A stretch of 64,000 bases of DNA from Dongiaceae bacterium (GTDB taxonomy: Bacteria > Pseudomonadota > Alphaproteobacteria > Dongiales > Dongiaceae): positions 3,200 to 67,199 of the forward strand of contig JBJXDY010000021.1 of the NCBI GenBank assembly GCA_046154965.1, given 5' to 3'. A model generated the notes under the pieces. It was not told where the DNA came from. It saw only the letters and a program-made list of their open reading frames with translations, and did not search any database. Positions 27,377-36,737 of the stretch are shown one piece after another. Every line of letters begins with the position of its first letter. The first letter of the stretch is position 1. The position numbers and the translations under genes are program-made.

Positions 27377-28903
27377 TTACAGGTCGTGCAGATCGTCAAG
27401 CTGCTCTTTGATATTGGCACAGCACTCCTCCGGCGAAATCTCGCCGGCAACGAGCCGCTGGGCCTCAGTCGCCATGATCTGATGATACTCGTTGGTGTTG
27501 GGGATCTTCGGCCCCAGCACGAAATGCGGATCCTTGATGCCGTAGTCGTACACGGCATCGAAGGTAAGCGCGTTCGGCATGCTGGTGGGACGCTGCCGTG
27601 CCTTCTGGACCTCCGGATCGGCGACGACGGACTTGCGGGTCGGCGTGCCGCCCAGTCCCTTGAGCACCGCGAGCTGGTTATCCTTGGAAACGGCGTAGGA
27701 GGCGAATATGTACGCCGCGCGCTTCAAGTCTTCCGACGCATTGCCATTGATGCCGATGCCGCCGATGCCGCAGTTGGTGCCATTCACCGCCTCGCCGCCG
27801 TTCTTGATCCAGCTTGCCTCGCCCTTCGGACAAGGCGCGTAGGCCGTCTTGCCGCCCGCCGCCGCCGAGGTCTTCTCGTCTTCGATCGAGGCCGCGAATT
27901 CGTGATACTGCACCTGCATGGCGATCTTGCCTGCCTGATACACGCTGTTCAGCTGCAGCGTGCCGTTCGCCAGGTTGTCGGGATGGCAGACGTCCGCGAG
28001 TTCCTTGTAGTGCCTCATGACTTCGATCGACTGCTCGTCGCCCCAGGTGGTCGGTCCGGGCGTCTTGCTGCCGAGCTTGTCGTCGACGTTGAAATCGATC
28101 CAGCGGCCGTGGGCGAACATCATGCGCTGGATATCGAGCTGCGTCGTCCAGGCAAACGAGCCGTGATGCTGGGCATAGCCATAGGGAACGCTGGGGTCGG
28201 CCGCCGCCAGCTTCTTGAAGAATTCGGCCATGTCGCGCACCTGCTTCCAGGTGGTGTCCTTCGTGAACTCCAGCCGGTAGCCGTAGTCCTTTTCGAAATC
28301 CTTGGTATGGGCCTCGAACAGATCCTGGCGATAGAACGTGTTGGCGACGGCAGCGTCATAGGGAAATGCAACGAGGCGCCCCTTGTCATAGTAGTGACCG
28401 CAAGCATCGAGGAAATTCTCGAACCAGACCTCCGCTCCATAGCCCTCGGGATCCTGCGGTAGCGTGTCGTCGGTCAGGAACGGCGTCAGATCGGCATAGT
28501 AGTCGGCAAATGGCGACCCGATCGGTTTGTCCTGGATATAGTTCAGATGGAAGTCCGATTTTCCGCCGCGCAGGTCGATGCCGACCTTCTGCTGCACCAC
28601 CGGCAGATCGTCAGTGAGGATTTCCACCTCGATGCCCGTGAGATCGTAGAAGGATTTCAGGTTGTCGCGGATCGCGAAGGAAGGCGGCGTGTTCTCCGAC
28701 ATGAAAACCAGCTTCGAGCCGCTATACTGTTTCCACTTTGCGTCGTCGGACGACTGCGCATAGACGGGATTGCGAACAATGGTCGAGTTCAAGCCAACGG
28801 CGATGGCGCCCGCGCCCAGCGCGGTCGCCGCCGAGCCGCCAAGTTCCAGGAATTTGCGGCGGCTGATGCGTTTGTAGATGGCATTCTTCGGTGCACGGAA
28901 CAT
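27377..28903 (-). CDS. Family-1 extracellular solute-binding protein with twin-arginine signal
   Basis: Start chosen at MFRAPKN (ATG 28903, GGAGGA 8 nt upstream). SRRKFLELGG Tat motif, cleavage-like VYA-Q. About 508 aa. Confidence 0.85.
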   Translation of the reverse strand: MFRAPKNAIYKRISRRKFLELGGSAATALGAGAIAVGLNSTIVRNPVYAQSSDDAKWKQYSGSKLVFMSENTPPSFAIRDNLKSFYDLTGIEVEILTDDLPVVQQKVGIDLRGGKSDFHLNYIQDKPIGSPFADYYADLTPFLTDDTLPQDPEGYGAEVWFENFLDACGHYYDKGRLVAFPYDAAVANTFYRQDLFEAHTKDFEKDYGYRLEFTKDTTWKQVRDMAEFFKKLAAADPSVPYGYAQHHGSFAWTTQLDIQRMMFAHGRWIDFNVDDKLGSKTPGPTTWGDEQSIEVMRHYKELADVCHPDNLANGTLQLNSVYQAGKIAMQVQYHEFAASIEDEKTSAAAGGKTAYAPCPKGEASWIKNGGEAVNGTNCGIGGIGINGNASEDLKRAAYIFASYAVSKDNQLAVLKGLGGTPTRKSVVADPEVQKARQRPTSMPNALTFDAVYDYGIKDPHFVLGPKIPNTNEYHQIMATEAQRLVAGEISPEECCANIKEQLDDLHDL

Positions 28904-29117
28904 CGGCGTTATCCTCCCCTTTTTTGGCCACATCGTATCGCCCGGCCATTCCCGCTATGGGCATGACCGGCCGCCTTGTGCTTGCGTCGGGAGACCGTGG
29001 AAATGTCGCCAGAACCAGCGGCAGTTATCTCTCGCAGTTGCGAAATCGATCGCTTCCCAGAGGGAATTCCGCCGTCGTTTTCCTCCCGTCGCCCCGTCCG
29101 TAAGATCAATTCATACA

Positions 29118-29134
29118 AAGCACGAAGCATGCCA
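29118..29134 (-). promoter_or_regulatory. Sigma-54 (-24/-12) promoter candidate for the transporter-aco operon
   Basis: The minus strand reads TGGCATGCTTCGTGCTT, with GG and GC at canonical spacing. About 215 nt upstream of the SBP start and next to the divergent sigma-54 activator gene. Confidence 0.6.
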
Positions 29135-29410
29135 ACTCCAGATTCATCATTAAATCAACCACTTAGGTTTCCCAACCCCGTCCCATTGGGACGCTTGTCG
29201 CAGGCGCGCGTGTCTCACTTGGGATGAGCGGCCGGCCGCTCTCCCGCGCAAGCGAATGCGCTGCTGGCGCCCGCGGCTCATGTTGATAGGCAGATGAACT
29301 TCATAGTATCGTTTTGCGGTCGGACCCTCGCGTCCAATTCGATATCCCGCACCGTCCTAAGGTGCTGATAGCGTTGAAAAGACGAGCGGCCGGCAAGGGA
29401 GGACATTGCG

Positions 29411-31354
29411 ATGGTATCGCCCCTCGGCGAGCGCGAGCATGTTGCCCATGTATTGGCCCGTAGCGACCAGGGCCAGGCCTTGGACCTCGGGGGCATTTCC
29501 CAGGAGCCTTCCCATGTGGCCGCGTCCTGGCGGCGTTGCGTTCAGAACTTCGGCCTCGAACCGCATCGCCTGCCGCCGCCCACGGTGCTGTCGCACTCCG
29601 AGCTCAAGGATTTCCGGGATCCCGTCGACGATCTTGTTGTGTTGGCTCGGCCCGAGATCGACCGGCTCTTTGCCCGGTTGGGCCAGCATGACTACGTGCT
29701 CCTGTTCACCGACACCCATGGCGTCGCCGTCGACTTCCGCTGCGAAGACAGCCTGCTGGACGAAGCACGCCGCACCGGTCTCTATCTCGGCTCGGTCTGG
29801 ACGGAGAACAGCCAGGGAACCAACGGAGTCGGCACCTGCCTCTTCGAACAGGCGCCGCTGTCCATCGTCATGAACGATCATTTCGCGACACACAATGTCA
29901 GCCTGACCTGCACGGTGGCGCCGATCTTCGGCTGCGAAGGACGCTTGGAGGCCGTGCTCGATGTCTCGACGCCGCGCAAGACCGATCACACCGTGCAGTC
30001 GATCGTGCGAAACATGGTGGCAAACTCGGCGCGCCGGATCGAAAACTACGCCTTCACCCACCGCCACCGTCGCGACATGGTCATCCGCCTGTCCCGCTAC
30101 GAGGATTTCGGCGATACCGCCGGCGATCTCCTGCTCGCGCTGGACGGCGGCGGCCGGATCGTCGCGATCAGCCGCAGCCCGGCAAGCCTGATCCCCGACT
30201 GCGAACCGCTGGTCGGGCAGGTTCTTGAGCAGTTCACCCAAGTGCCCCTGGACCGGGTCCTGCAAGACAGCGAACGAGCCTTCCGGCTCAAGGGCAGCGG
30301 CGGTCGTTCGCTTTTCATGAAGCTCGCCCATAGCGGCGAAGCATCGCGCGGCAACGGGCGCGCGCCGCAACGGCTGCGGATGGCACAACCCGCCTCACCA
30401 GCCGGAACGCCGGTCCACGATCTCGAGTCGCTGGCCGGAAACGACGTGCGCATGCTCTCGAATATCCGCATAGCCCAGCGCGTCTTCGACCGCGGTCTGC
30501 CGATCCTGCTGACGGGAGAAACCGGGACCGGCAAGGGCCTGATGGCACGGGCGCTGCACGCCGCCAGCCGGCGCGCCGATGCGCCGTTCGTGACCATCAA
30601 TTGCGCCGCCATTGCAAAAGACCTGATCGAAAGCGAGCTGTTCGGTTACCGGCCCGGCGCCTTCACCGGCGCCTCGCCGAATGGGTTCAAGGGCCGCATT
30701 GTGGAAGCCACCGGCGGCACGCTGTTCCTGGACGAAGTCGGCGACATGCCCTTCGACTTGCAGACGCGGCTGCTGCAGGTCCTGTCCGACGGCGAACTGA
30801 CACCCGTGGGCGGAACGCGGCCGGTCACGGTCGACTTCGCGCTTATCTCCGCAACGCACCGCGACCTCAAGCAGCGGGTGGACGACGGCGATTTTCGCGA
30901 AGACCTCTACTTTCGCTTGGGCGGCGCGACAATCGAGCTGCCGCCGCTGCGGGAACGCTGCGATCGTGCGTCGATGTTCGAGAAGATGCTGACCGAGGAA
31001 GCAGAACGCGCGAATATCGAACTCCGGCTGTCGCCGTCGGCCGGAGCCTGCCTTGCGGTTCACCTATGGCCAGGCAACCTTCGCGAACTGCGCCATGTCA
31101 TGCGCTATGTCGCCGCGCTGTCGGACAAGGGCGAAGTGCTCCCCGAGCATCTGCCGTCCTCGATTCCGCGGCCGCCGGCAGAAGTCGGCGCCACCAGGGA
31201 CTCATCGCATCCGGCCGAACGGCAGATGATCCTGGTCGCGCTCGAGCGGATGTCGTGGGATGTCACCGCGGCGGCCAGGCTGCTGGCGCTGTCCCGCTCG
31301 ACTCTCTACCGCAAGATCAAGCAGTACGGCATCAGCCGCAACGATCTGCACTGA
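29411..31354 (+). CDS. acoR: Sigma-54-dependent activator of the AcoR type (GAF + AAA+ + Fis HTH)
   Basis: 647 aa. N-terminal SWRRC...GLEP motif typical of AcoR. Walker A GETGTGKG, GAFTGA loop, C-terminal HTH AARLLALSRSTLYRKIKQYGI. Confidence 0.88.
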   Translation: MVSPLGEREHVAHVLARSDQGQALDLGGISQEPSHVAASWRRCVQNFGLEPHRLPPPTVLSHSELKDFRDPVDDLVVLARPEIDRLFARLGQHDYVLLFTDTHGVAVDFRCEDSLLDEARRTGLYLGSVWTENSQGTNGVGTCLFEQAPLSIVMNDHFATHNVSLTCTVAPIFGCEGRLEAVLDVSTPRKTDHTVQSIVRNMVANSARRIENYAFTHRHRRDMVIRLSRYEDFGDTAGDLLLALDGGGRIVAISRSPASLIPDCEPLVGQVLEQFTQVPLDRVLQDSERAFRLKGSGGRSLFMKLAHSGEASRGNGRAPQRLRMAQPASPAGTPVHDLESLAGNDVRMLSNIRIAQRVFDRGLPILLTGETGTGKGLMARALHAASRRADAPFVTINCAAIAKDLIESELFGYRPGAFTGASPNGFKGRIVEATGGTLFLDEVGDMPFDLQTRLLQVLSDGELTPVGGTRPVTVDFALISATHRDLKQRVDDGDFREDLYFRLGGATIELPPLRERCDRASMFEKMLTEEAERANIELRLSPSAGACLAVHLWPGNLRELRHVMRYVAALSDKGEVLPEHLPSSIPRPPAEVGATRDSSHPAERQMILVALERMSWDVTAAARLLALSRSTLYRKIKQYGISRNDLH

Positions 31355-31364
31355 ACCGTTCCGG

Positions 31365-31991
31365 TCAGCTGGAACGCAACGCCGCCACGTAGCGCGACGC
31401 CTGTTTCTTCAGCGCGGCAATCTCGCACCCCGGCTGGAAGAGCTGGCCGCCTGTGCCAAAGCCGGTGGCGCCGGCCGCGAGATAGCCGGGGATCTTCTCC
31501 GGCGTGATGCCGCCCACCATCAGCAGCGGCACCGGATTCGGCAAAACTGCCCGCCAGGCCTTGACTGCCGCCGGCGGCAGGGTTTCGGCGGGAAACAGCT
31601 TCAGCGCATCGGCGCCGGCCGCCAGCGCCGCAAATGCCTCTGATGGCGTGGCGACGCCGGGAATACAGAACATGCCGGCCGCCTTCGCCGCCTTGATAAC
31701 AGCGGGATCGCCATGGGGCATGACGATCAGTCGGCCGCCGGCATCTTTCACCCGCTGGACATCGGCGGGATCCAGAACCGTGCCGGCGCCGATCAGCGCC
31801 TTGGCGCCGAAGCCGGCCGAGAAACGGCCGATGCTGTCCAACGCCGCCGGCGAATTCAGCGGCACTTCGATGATGGCAAAGCCGGCCCCGGTCAGCGCCT
31901 CGCCCACTTCCTCCGCCACATCGGGCCGGATGCCCCGGAGAATGGCAACCAAAGGACAGCGCGCCAGCCATGATTGCAATTCCTGACTCAT
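31365..31991 (-). CDS. dgoA: 2-dehydro-3-deoxy-6-phosphogalactonate aldolase
   Basis: Start chosen at MSQELQSW (ATG 31991), a 4-nt overlap with the dgoK stop. LVAILRGI...IEVPLNSP motifs of the KDPG/KDPGal aldolase family. Confidence 0.85.
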   Translation of the reverse strand: MSQELQSWLARCPLVAILRGIRPDVAEEVGEALTGAGFAIIEVPLNSPAALDSIGRFSAGFGAKALIGAGTVLDPADVQRVKDAGGRLIVMPHGDPAVIKAAKAAGMFCIPGVATPSEAFAALAAGADALKLFPAETLPPAAVKAWRAVLPNPVPLLMVGGITPEKIPGYLAAGATGFGTGGQLFQPGCEIAALKKQASRYVAALRSS

Positions 31992-32914
31992 GCCGTCTCC
32001 TTCGCCAGCCCGCGGGCGCAGGCGAGCCGCCAAATGCCATGCAACGCCGCGTCGGGCGCCGCTTCGGAGGTTGCGTAGCCCAAGGCGGCGGCGGCCATGG
32101 CATAGGACCGGCACAGGTGCGCCTGCCCGATCAGCCTAATGGCGGGCACCTTGCCAGACAAACCAAGCACCCGCGGCGCTTCCCACAACTCCGTGCCGAT
32201 GAGCAATCCGGACAGGTAGCCTGCCCCTTCCCGCTCCGTCACTTCAGCAAACAGACTCAGCGCGCGGACGCCAAAAAGCCCGTGAAGCAGAGCCCCGCCG
32301 CCCTCTGCCGCCGCAGCTACGCCACGCCGGAAGCCGCCCTCATCGATCCCCTCGCCCTGCATCGTGCGGCCGAGGATGCTGTGCTGCCGCAGCACGCCGA
32401 AGACTTCACCGGTCATGAAGGTGGCGAAACCGACGATCCGGCCCTTCTCCACGGCTACCCATTTGCTATGGGTTCCCGGCAGCAGAAAGAGGCCGCCGTC
32501 GCCAGCAACGGCACCGAAGATTTGCGTCTCTTCGCCGCGGATGACATCCGGCACGCCCCGGCCATCGCGGCAGGAGATGCCGGGGATGAGCAACACCCGA
32601 TGGCCGTCGCGCCAATCGACGGCAGTCATGCCCCGCGCGACATCGGCCGCCCCCGCCGGGCAGGCCACATACGGCGCCTCGCGCCACCCCTGGCGGCTAC
32701 CAATCATACCGCAGGCGAGGAGCGGTATGCCTGGCGGCAGCGGCAGCCAGGATTTCAGCGTTTCATCCAGAGCTCCGGCGAAATCCGCCTTGGCCACTTG
32801 CATGATCCCCAGCGGCCGTTCTTCGCGCGCGATCGCCTCCCCGCCCGCGCCCACCAGATAAGCCCGCAGGTTGGTCGTGCCCCAATCCAGGGCAATCAAG
32901 GCGGGTGCCAACAT
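31988..32914 (-). CDS. dgoK: 2-dehydro-3-deoxygalactonokinase
   Basis: 308 aa. N-terminal IALDWGTTNLRAY typical of DgoK. Coupled to dgoA. Confidence 0.85.
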   Translation of the reverse strand: MLAPALIALDWGTTNLRAYLVGAGGEAIAREERPLGIMQVAKADFAGALDETLKSWLPLPPGIPLLACGMIGSRQGWREAPYVACPAGAADVARGMTAVDWRDGHRVLLIPGISCRDGRGVPDVIRGEETQIFGAVAGDGGLFLLPGTHSKWVAVEKGRIVGFATFMTGEVFGVLRQHSILGRTMQGEGIDEGGFRRGVAAAAEGGGALLHGLFGVRALSLFAEVTEREGAGYLSGLLIGTELWEAPRVLGLSGKVPAIRLIGQAHLCRSYAMAAAALGYATSEAAPDAALHGIWRLACARGLAKETA

Positions 32915-32935
32915 CGCGCGATCCCGAGCGGTCGC

Positions 32936-33706
32936 CTAAACCCAGCCGCCGTCGACGATGTAATGCTGGCCGCTGCAACCGCCGCTGTCGTCGGACGCCA
33001 TGAACAGCACCATGCGTGCAATGTCGTCGGGCACCAGCTTTCGCTTGATACACTGGCCCTGCAGCAGCTCTTTCTCGGCTTCCGGAGTCAGCCAAAGCTT
33101 AATCTGCCTCTCGGTCATGATCCAGCCGGGCACCACCGTATTGACCCGGATGTTCATCGGCCCGAGATCGCGGGCGAGCGCGTTGGTGAGGCCCTGCACT
33201 GCCGACTTTGACGTCGTGTAAGCCGGCATGTTCCCCTGCTTCTTCATCCAGGAGATCGAACCGAGATTGACTATCGAGCCGCCGCCGGCTGCCGCCATGT
33301 CCTTGTAGACGGCCTGAGCGGCAAAGAACTGATGCTTCAAATTCACCGCCACCCGCTCGTCCCAGTACTTCGGCGTGACTTCGTCGATGGCGTGGCGTTG
33401 ATCATGCGCGGCGTTGTTAACCAGCACGCGGAACGCGCCGACCTTGGCTTTCGCATCCGATATCGCGCGTTGCAGTGCCGTCGTATCCGTAATGTCGCAA
33501 TGAATGAACAACGGCGCTGACAGCTTGCTGCCGGTCAGGTCCTTTACCAGCTTTTCCGACTCTTCCTTGGCGATGTCGACGAAGGCGACCTTCGATCCCT
33601 GGGCACAGAAATTCTCGACGATCGACGCGCCGATGCCGGAACCGCCACCGGTCACAAACACCGCCTTGTCTTTCAAACTCGGATATGTCGCAAAACTTGC
33701 CATCAC
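32936..33706 (-). CDS. SDR-family oxidoreductase (candidate sugar 1-dehydrogenase)
   Basis: 256 aa. TGGGSGIG cofactor motif, NNAA, catalytic YTTSK. Confidence 0.85.
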   Translation of the reverse strand: MMASFATYPSLKDKAVFVTGGGSGIGASIVENFCAQGSKVAFVDIAKEESEKLVKDLTGSKLSAPLFIHCDITDTTALQRAISDAKAKVGAFRVLVNNAAHDQRHAIDEVTPKYWDERVAVNLKHQFFAAQAVYKDMAAAGGGSIVNLGSISWMKKQGNMPAYTTSKSAVQGLTNALARDLGPMNIRVNTVVPGWIMTERQIKLWLTPEAEKELLQGQCIKRKLVPDDIARMVLFMASDDSGGCSGQHYIVDGGWV

Positions 33707-33732
33707 CCAGCTCCCACACTGCCAAACAACAA

Positions 33733-34479
33733 CTACGCCGCCGCTTCGCCCTGGACGATCATGCCGAGGACCTCATCCTCGGTCGTCCGGGCAATAATCC
33801 GATCGCCGACCAGCCGGCCGCGCTTCAATACCATGACACGGTCGCCGACGGCGAAAATGTCGTTCAACCGGTGGCTGATGATAATCTGCGCCACGCCATG
33901 GCTCTTCAACTCCAGCATCGTGTCCAAAAGCTGCTGCGTCGCCGTCACCGAGAGGTTCGCTGTCGGCTCATCCAGAATCACGACGCGGGGATCGGAACTG
34001 ATGGCGCGGGCGATCGCCACCGATTGCTGGCGGCCGCCGGACAAGCTCTCGACTTTCAACCGAACCGAGGCAACATCGACCTTTAGCTTCTTCAGAATCA
34101 CGCTGGCGTCGGCCTCCATCTTTGCCCGGTCGACGAACCAGCCTTTCTTCGGCCAGCGCCCCAGGAACATGTTCGACGCGATGTCCATGTTTCCGCAGAG
34201 CGCGAAGTCCTGATAGATCATCTCGATGCCCCGGTCGCGGGACTCCTGCGGGCTGCGGAAATGGACCGCATTGCCATCGATGAGAATTTCCCCGGTATCC
34301 TTCTGATAAGCCCCCGACAGAATTTTCATCAACGTCGATTTGCCGGCGGAGTTGTCTCCCACCAGCCCGAGAATTTCGCCGGGCATCAGGCGCAGCGCCA
34401 CATCCTGCAGGGCCTGGACAGCGCCGAAGGCCTTGCAGATCGCGCGCATCTCCACGACCGGGGTTTCCGTCTCCGTCAT
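33733..34479 (-). CDS. CUT2-type sugar ABC transporter ATP-binding protein, single NBD
   Basis: 248 aa. One Walker A GDNSAGKST, one signature LSGGRQQ, Walker B VVILDEP. Confidence 0.85.
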   Translation of the reverse strand: MTETETPVVEMRAICKAFGAVQALQDVALRLMPGEILGLVGDNSAGKSTLMKILSGAYQKDTGEILIDGNAVHFRSPQESRDRGIEMIYQDFALCGNMDIASNMFLGRWPKKGWFVDRAKMEADASVILKKLKVDVASVRLKVESLSGGRQQSVAIARAISSDPRVVILDEPTANLSVTATQQLLDTMLELKSHGVAQIIISHRLNDIFAVGDRVMVLKRGRLVGDRIIARTTEDEVLGMIVQGEAAA

Positions 34480-36716
34480 GCCGTCTGCTCCCTGCGTCTG
34501 CCGCTAAATCGTGGGATGAATCGCGCCAGGATACGTTCCTGCCTCAGCCAGATATCGCCGAGCACGGCGATGATCAAGATGACGCCGATGGCGACATTGA
34601 CCCAATGTTGCGGCATCACGAAGGATTTGCCGTCGGAACTGATGATCTGCAGCGACAGCAGCGCGCGGATGAGCGTGATCACCATGGCACCCGCCAGCGC
34701 ACCCAGCACGGAACCATAGCCGCCAAAGATACTGGCGCCGCCGATGACCGCCGCAGCGATCACATCCAGTTCGCGCAGGGTGCCGGCCGACGGATTAAAG
34801 GAGCGGAAGTAAGCCACATAGATCAGGCCGGCGAGCGACGCGCACATGGAGCAGAACAGCAAGCTCAGGAATCGCACGCGATCTGTGTTGATCCCGGCAT
34901 ATCCCGCCGCGCGCCGGTTGCCGCCCACCGCCGTCAACTTGTAGCCGAAGGGCGAGCGCCAGAGGATGATCGCGAAGATCACGGCGATAACCGCGAGGAC
35001 AACGGTTTGCGTGCTGACCGCGCCGGCCAGCCGGCCCATGAAACTGTCGGGCGCCAGGGCAACGCCGTAGTAACGCAAGATCTCGATGACTTTGCGGCCC
35101 ATCAGATTGTAGCTCTCGGGAAACTGGTTGAGCTGGCGGCCCGCGACCAGCCAGGCGGCGATGCCGCGCGCGATGTAGAACATGCAGAGCGTAGCGACGA
35201 AGGCCGGCAGCCTCGCTTTTGTAGCCAGGAAGCCGCTGCACATGCCGGCAACCATCCCGGCGGCAAATCCGATCAGCGCCGCCACCAGGGGCGGCGCGCC
35301 CATCATTTTCATCAGGAACGCGGTGGTCGCCGCCGAAAGCGCGAGAACCGATCCCACGGAGAGATCGACATCGCCGGCCCGCATCACATAGGCCATGCCG
35401 ATAGCCATCAGTCCGATCTCGCTGAAGGCCAGCAGCAGGTTGAAACTGTTATCCAGGCTGCCCCAGAAATCGGGCCGCAGGAGATATCCGACGAGCCACA
35501 ATATGATGGCGAAGATGATCGCCGCGGCCTCGCGCCGCGCCATCATCCGCGACAGCCAACTGCCGGTAACCTCCCGTGCCGTGGCGCGAGTCCCGATGGT
35601 GCGCGTGGATTCGATGGCGACGCTATCCACCGCTGCCGGTGGCGGCGGCAAGCCGCGCAATCGGGCAATGAGCCGGGCCGGCAAGCGCCGCCGGATGATC
35701 CAGGGCTCGATCAGCACCGCTGCAAGCAGGATCAGGCCGAGGAACGCCGGCACCGCGCCCGGCGGCAGCTGCGCCATTGCCCGCACTTCCATCAAGGTGC
35801 CGCCCACATCGATGGTTCGTGTGATCGGCACGCCCTCGCGCAGCACCTTGTCGATCAGCACGATGAGCACCGCGCCAAGACAAGCGCCGAAGATGCGGCC
35901 GCGGCCGCCGAGAATGCTGGCGCCGCCGATGATCACGGCGGCGATGACGATCAGCTCCGCGCCCTGGCCGTACTGGCTGTGGGCGCCTTTGTCCTGCGCC
36001 ATGTTCATCAGCCCGGCGATGGTGGCGCAGAGCGAGGAGAGAACGAAGGCGCGGATGCGCACCTTGTTGGTATTGATGCCTGCGTAGCCGGACGCCAGGG
36101 CATTGCCGCCGGTGGCATAAGTCTCGTAGCCCCAGCGGGTATAGGCGAGCACCAAGCCGCCGACAATTGCGACGATGACGAAGAGGATGATTTGATTGTT
36201 GAACCCCAGCGCGTTGTTCACGCCCAGCAGGAAAAACGGATCGCCGCCCTTGGCGGCAAAGCCGATGTTCTGGCCGCCGGTCAAACCGAGCACCAGGCCG
36301 CGGCCGATGAACAGCATGGTGAGCGTGGCGATGAAGGCCGGCACCCGCAGATAGGTGACGAGAACGCCGTTGATGAGACCGATGCCGACACCGGTCACCA
36401 AGCCGGCAAGAACGCCGATCCAGGGCGGCAGATCGTAGAAGCTGGGCGCCACCGCCATGGAGAAGACGACCGCGACCAGGCCGACCGTTGAACCGACCGA
36501 CAGATCGAGATCGCGATTGATGATGACGAACGACATGCCCACGGCCATGACGCCGAAGCGCGCCGCGTCGCGCAGCACGGAGGCCAGCGCATCGGCATTG
36601 CCGAAGAACACGGGATTGATCCAGGTGCCGACGATATAGAGCAGCACCATAAACAAGATCAACCCGGCTTCCCAGCCGCCGATCGCGCCCATCCATCTTT
36701 TCAAGCTCTGTGGCAT
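34476..36716 (-). CDS. Fused double permease of a CUT2 (RbsC/AraH-like) ABC transporter
   Basis: 746 aa. Two complete branched-chain/ribose-type permease halves joined by a Pro/Arg-rich linker (RRRLPARLIARLRGLPPPPAAV). Confidence 0.85.
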   Translation of the reverse strand: MPQSLKRWMGAIGGWEAGLILFMVLLYIVGTWINPVFFGNADALASVLRDAARFGVMAVGMSFVIINRDLDLSVGSTVGLVAVVFSMAVAPSFYDLPPWIGVLAGLVTGVGIGLINGVLVTYLRVPAFIATLTMLFIGRGLVLGLTGGQNIGFAAKGGDPFFLLGVNNALGFNNQIILFVIVAIVGGLVLAYTRWGYETYATGGNALASGYAGINTNKVRIRAFVLSSLCATIAGLMNMAQDKGAHSQYGQGAELIVIAAVIIGGASILGGRGRIFGACLGAVLIVLIDKVLREGVPITRTIDVGGTLMEVRAMAQLPPGAVPAFLGLILLAAVLIEPWIIRRRLPARLIARLRGLPPPPAAVDSVAIESTRTIGTRATAREVTGSWLSRMMARREAAAIIFAIILWLVGYLLRPDFWGSLDNSFNLLLAFSEIGLMAIGMAYVMRAGDVDLSVGSVLALSAATTAFLMKMMGAPPLVAALIGFAAGMVAGMCSGFLATKARLPAFVATLCMFYIARGIAAWLVAGRQLNQFPESYNLMGRKVIEILRYYGVALAPDSFMGRLAGAVSTQTVVLAVIAVIFAIILWRSPFGYKLTAVGGNRRAAGYAGINTDRVRFLSLLFCSMCASLAGLIYVAYFRSFNPSAGTLRELDVIAAAVIGGASIFGGYGSVLGALAGAMVITLIRALLSLQIISSDGKSFVMPQHWVNVAIGVILIIAVLGDIWLRQERILARFIPRFSGRRREQTA

Positions 36717-36737
36717 CCGCCCTGTACCGGCAAACAG

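Noticed and set aside
34605-36491. 628-aa ORF on the plus strand (and the 357-aa minus-strand ORF 35623-36696)
   Set aside because: Both overlap the fused permease gene in other frames. They are extremely Arg/Gly/Asp/His-rich and not protein-like.
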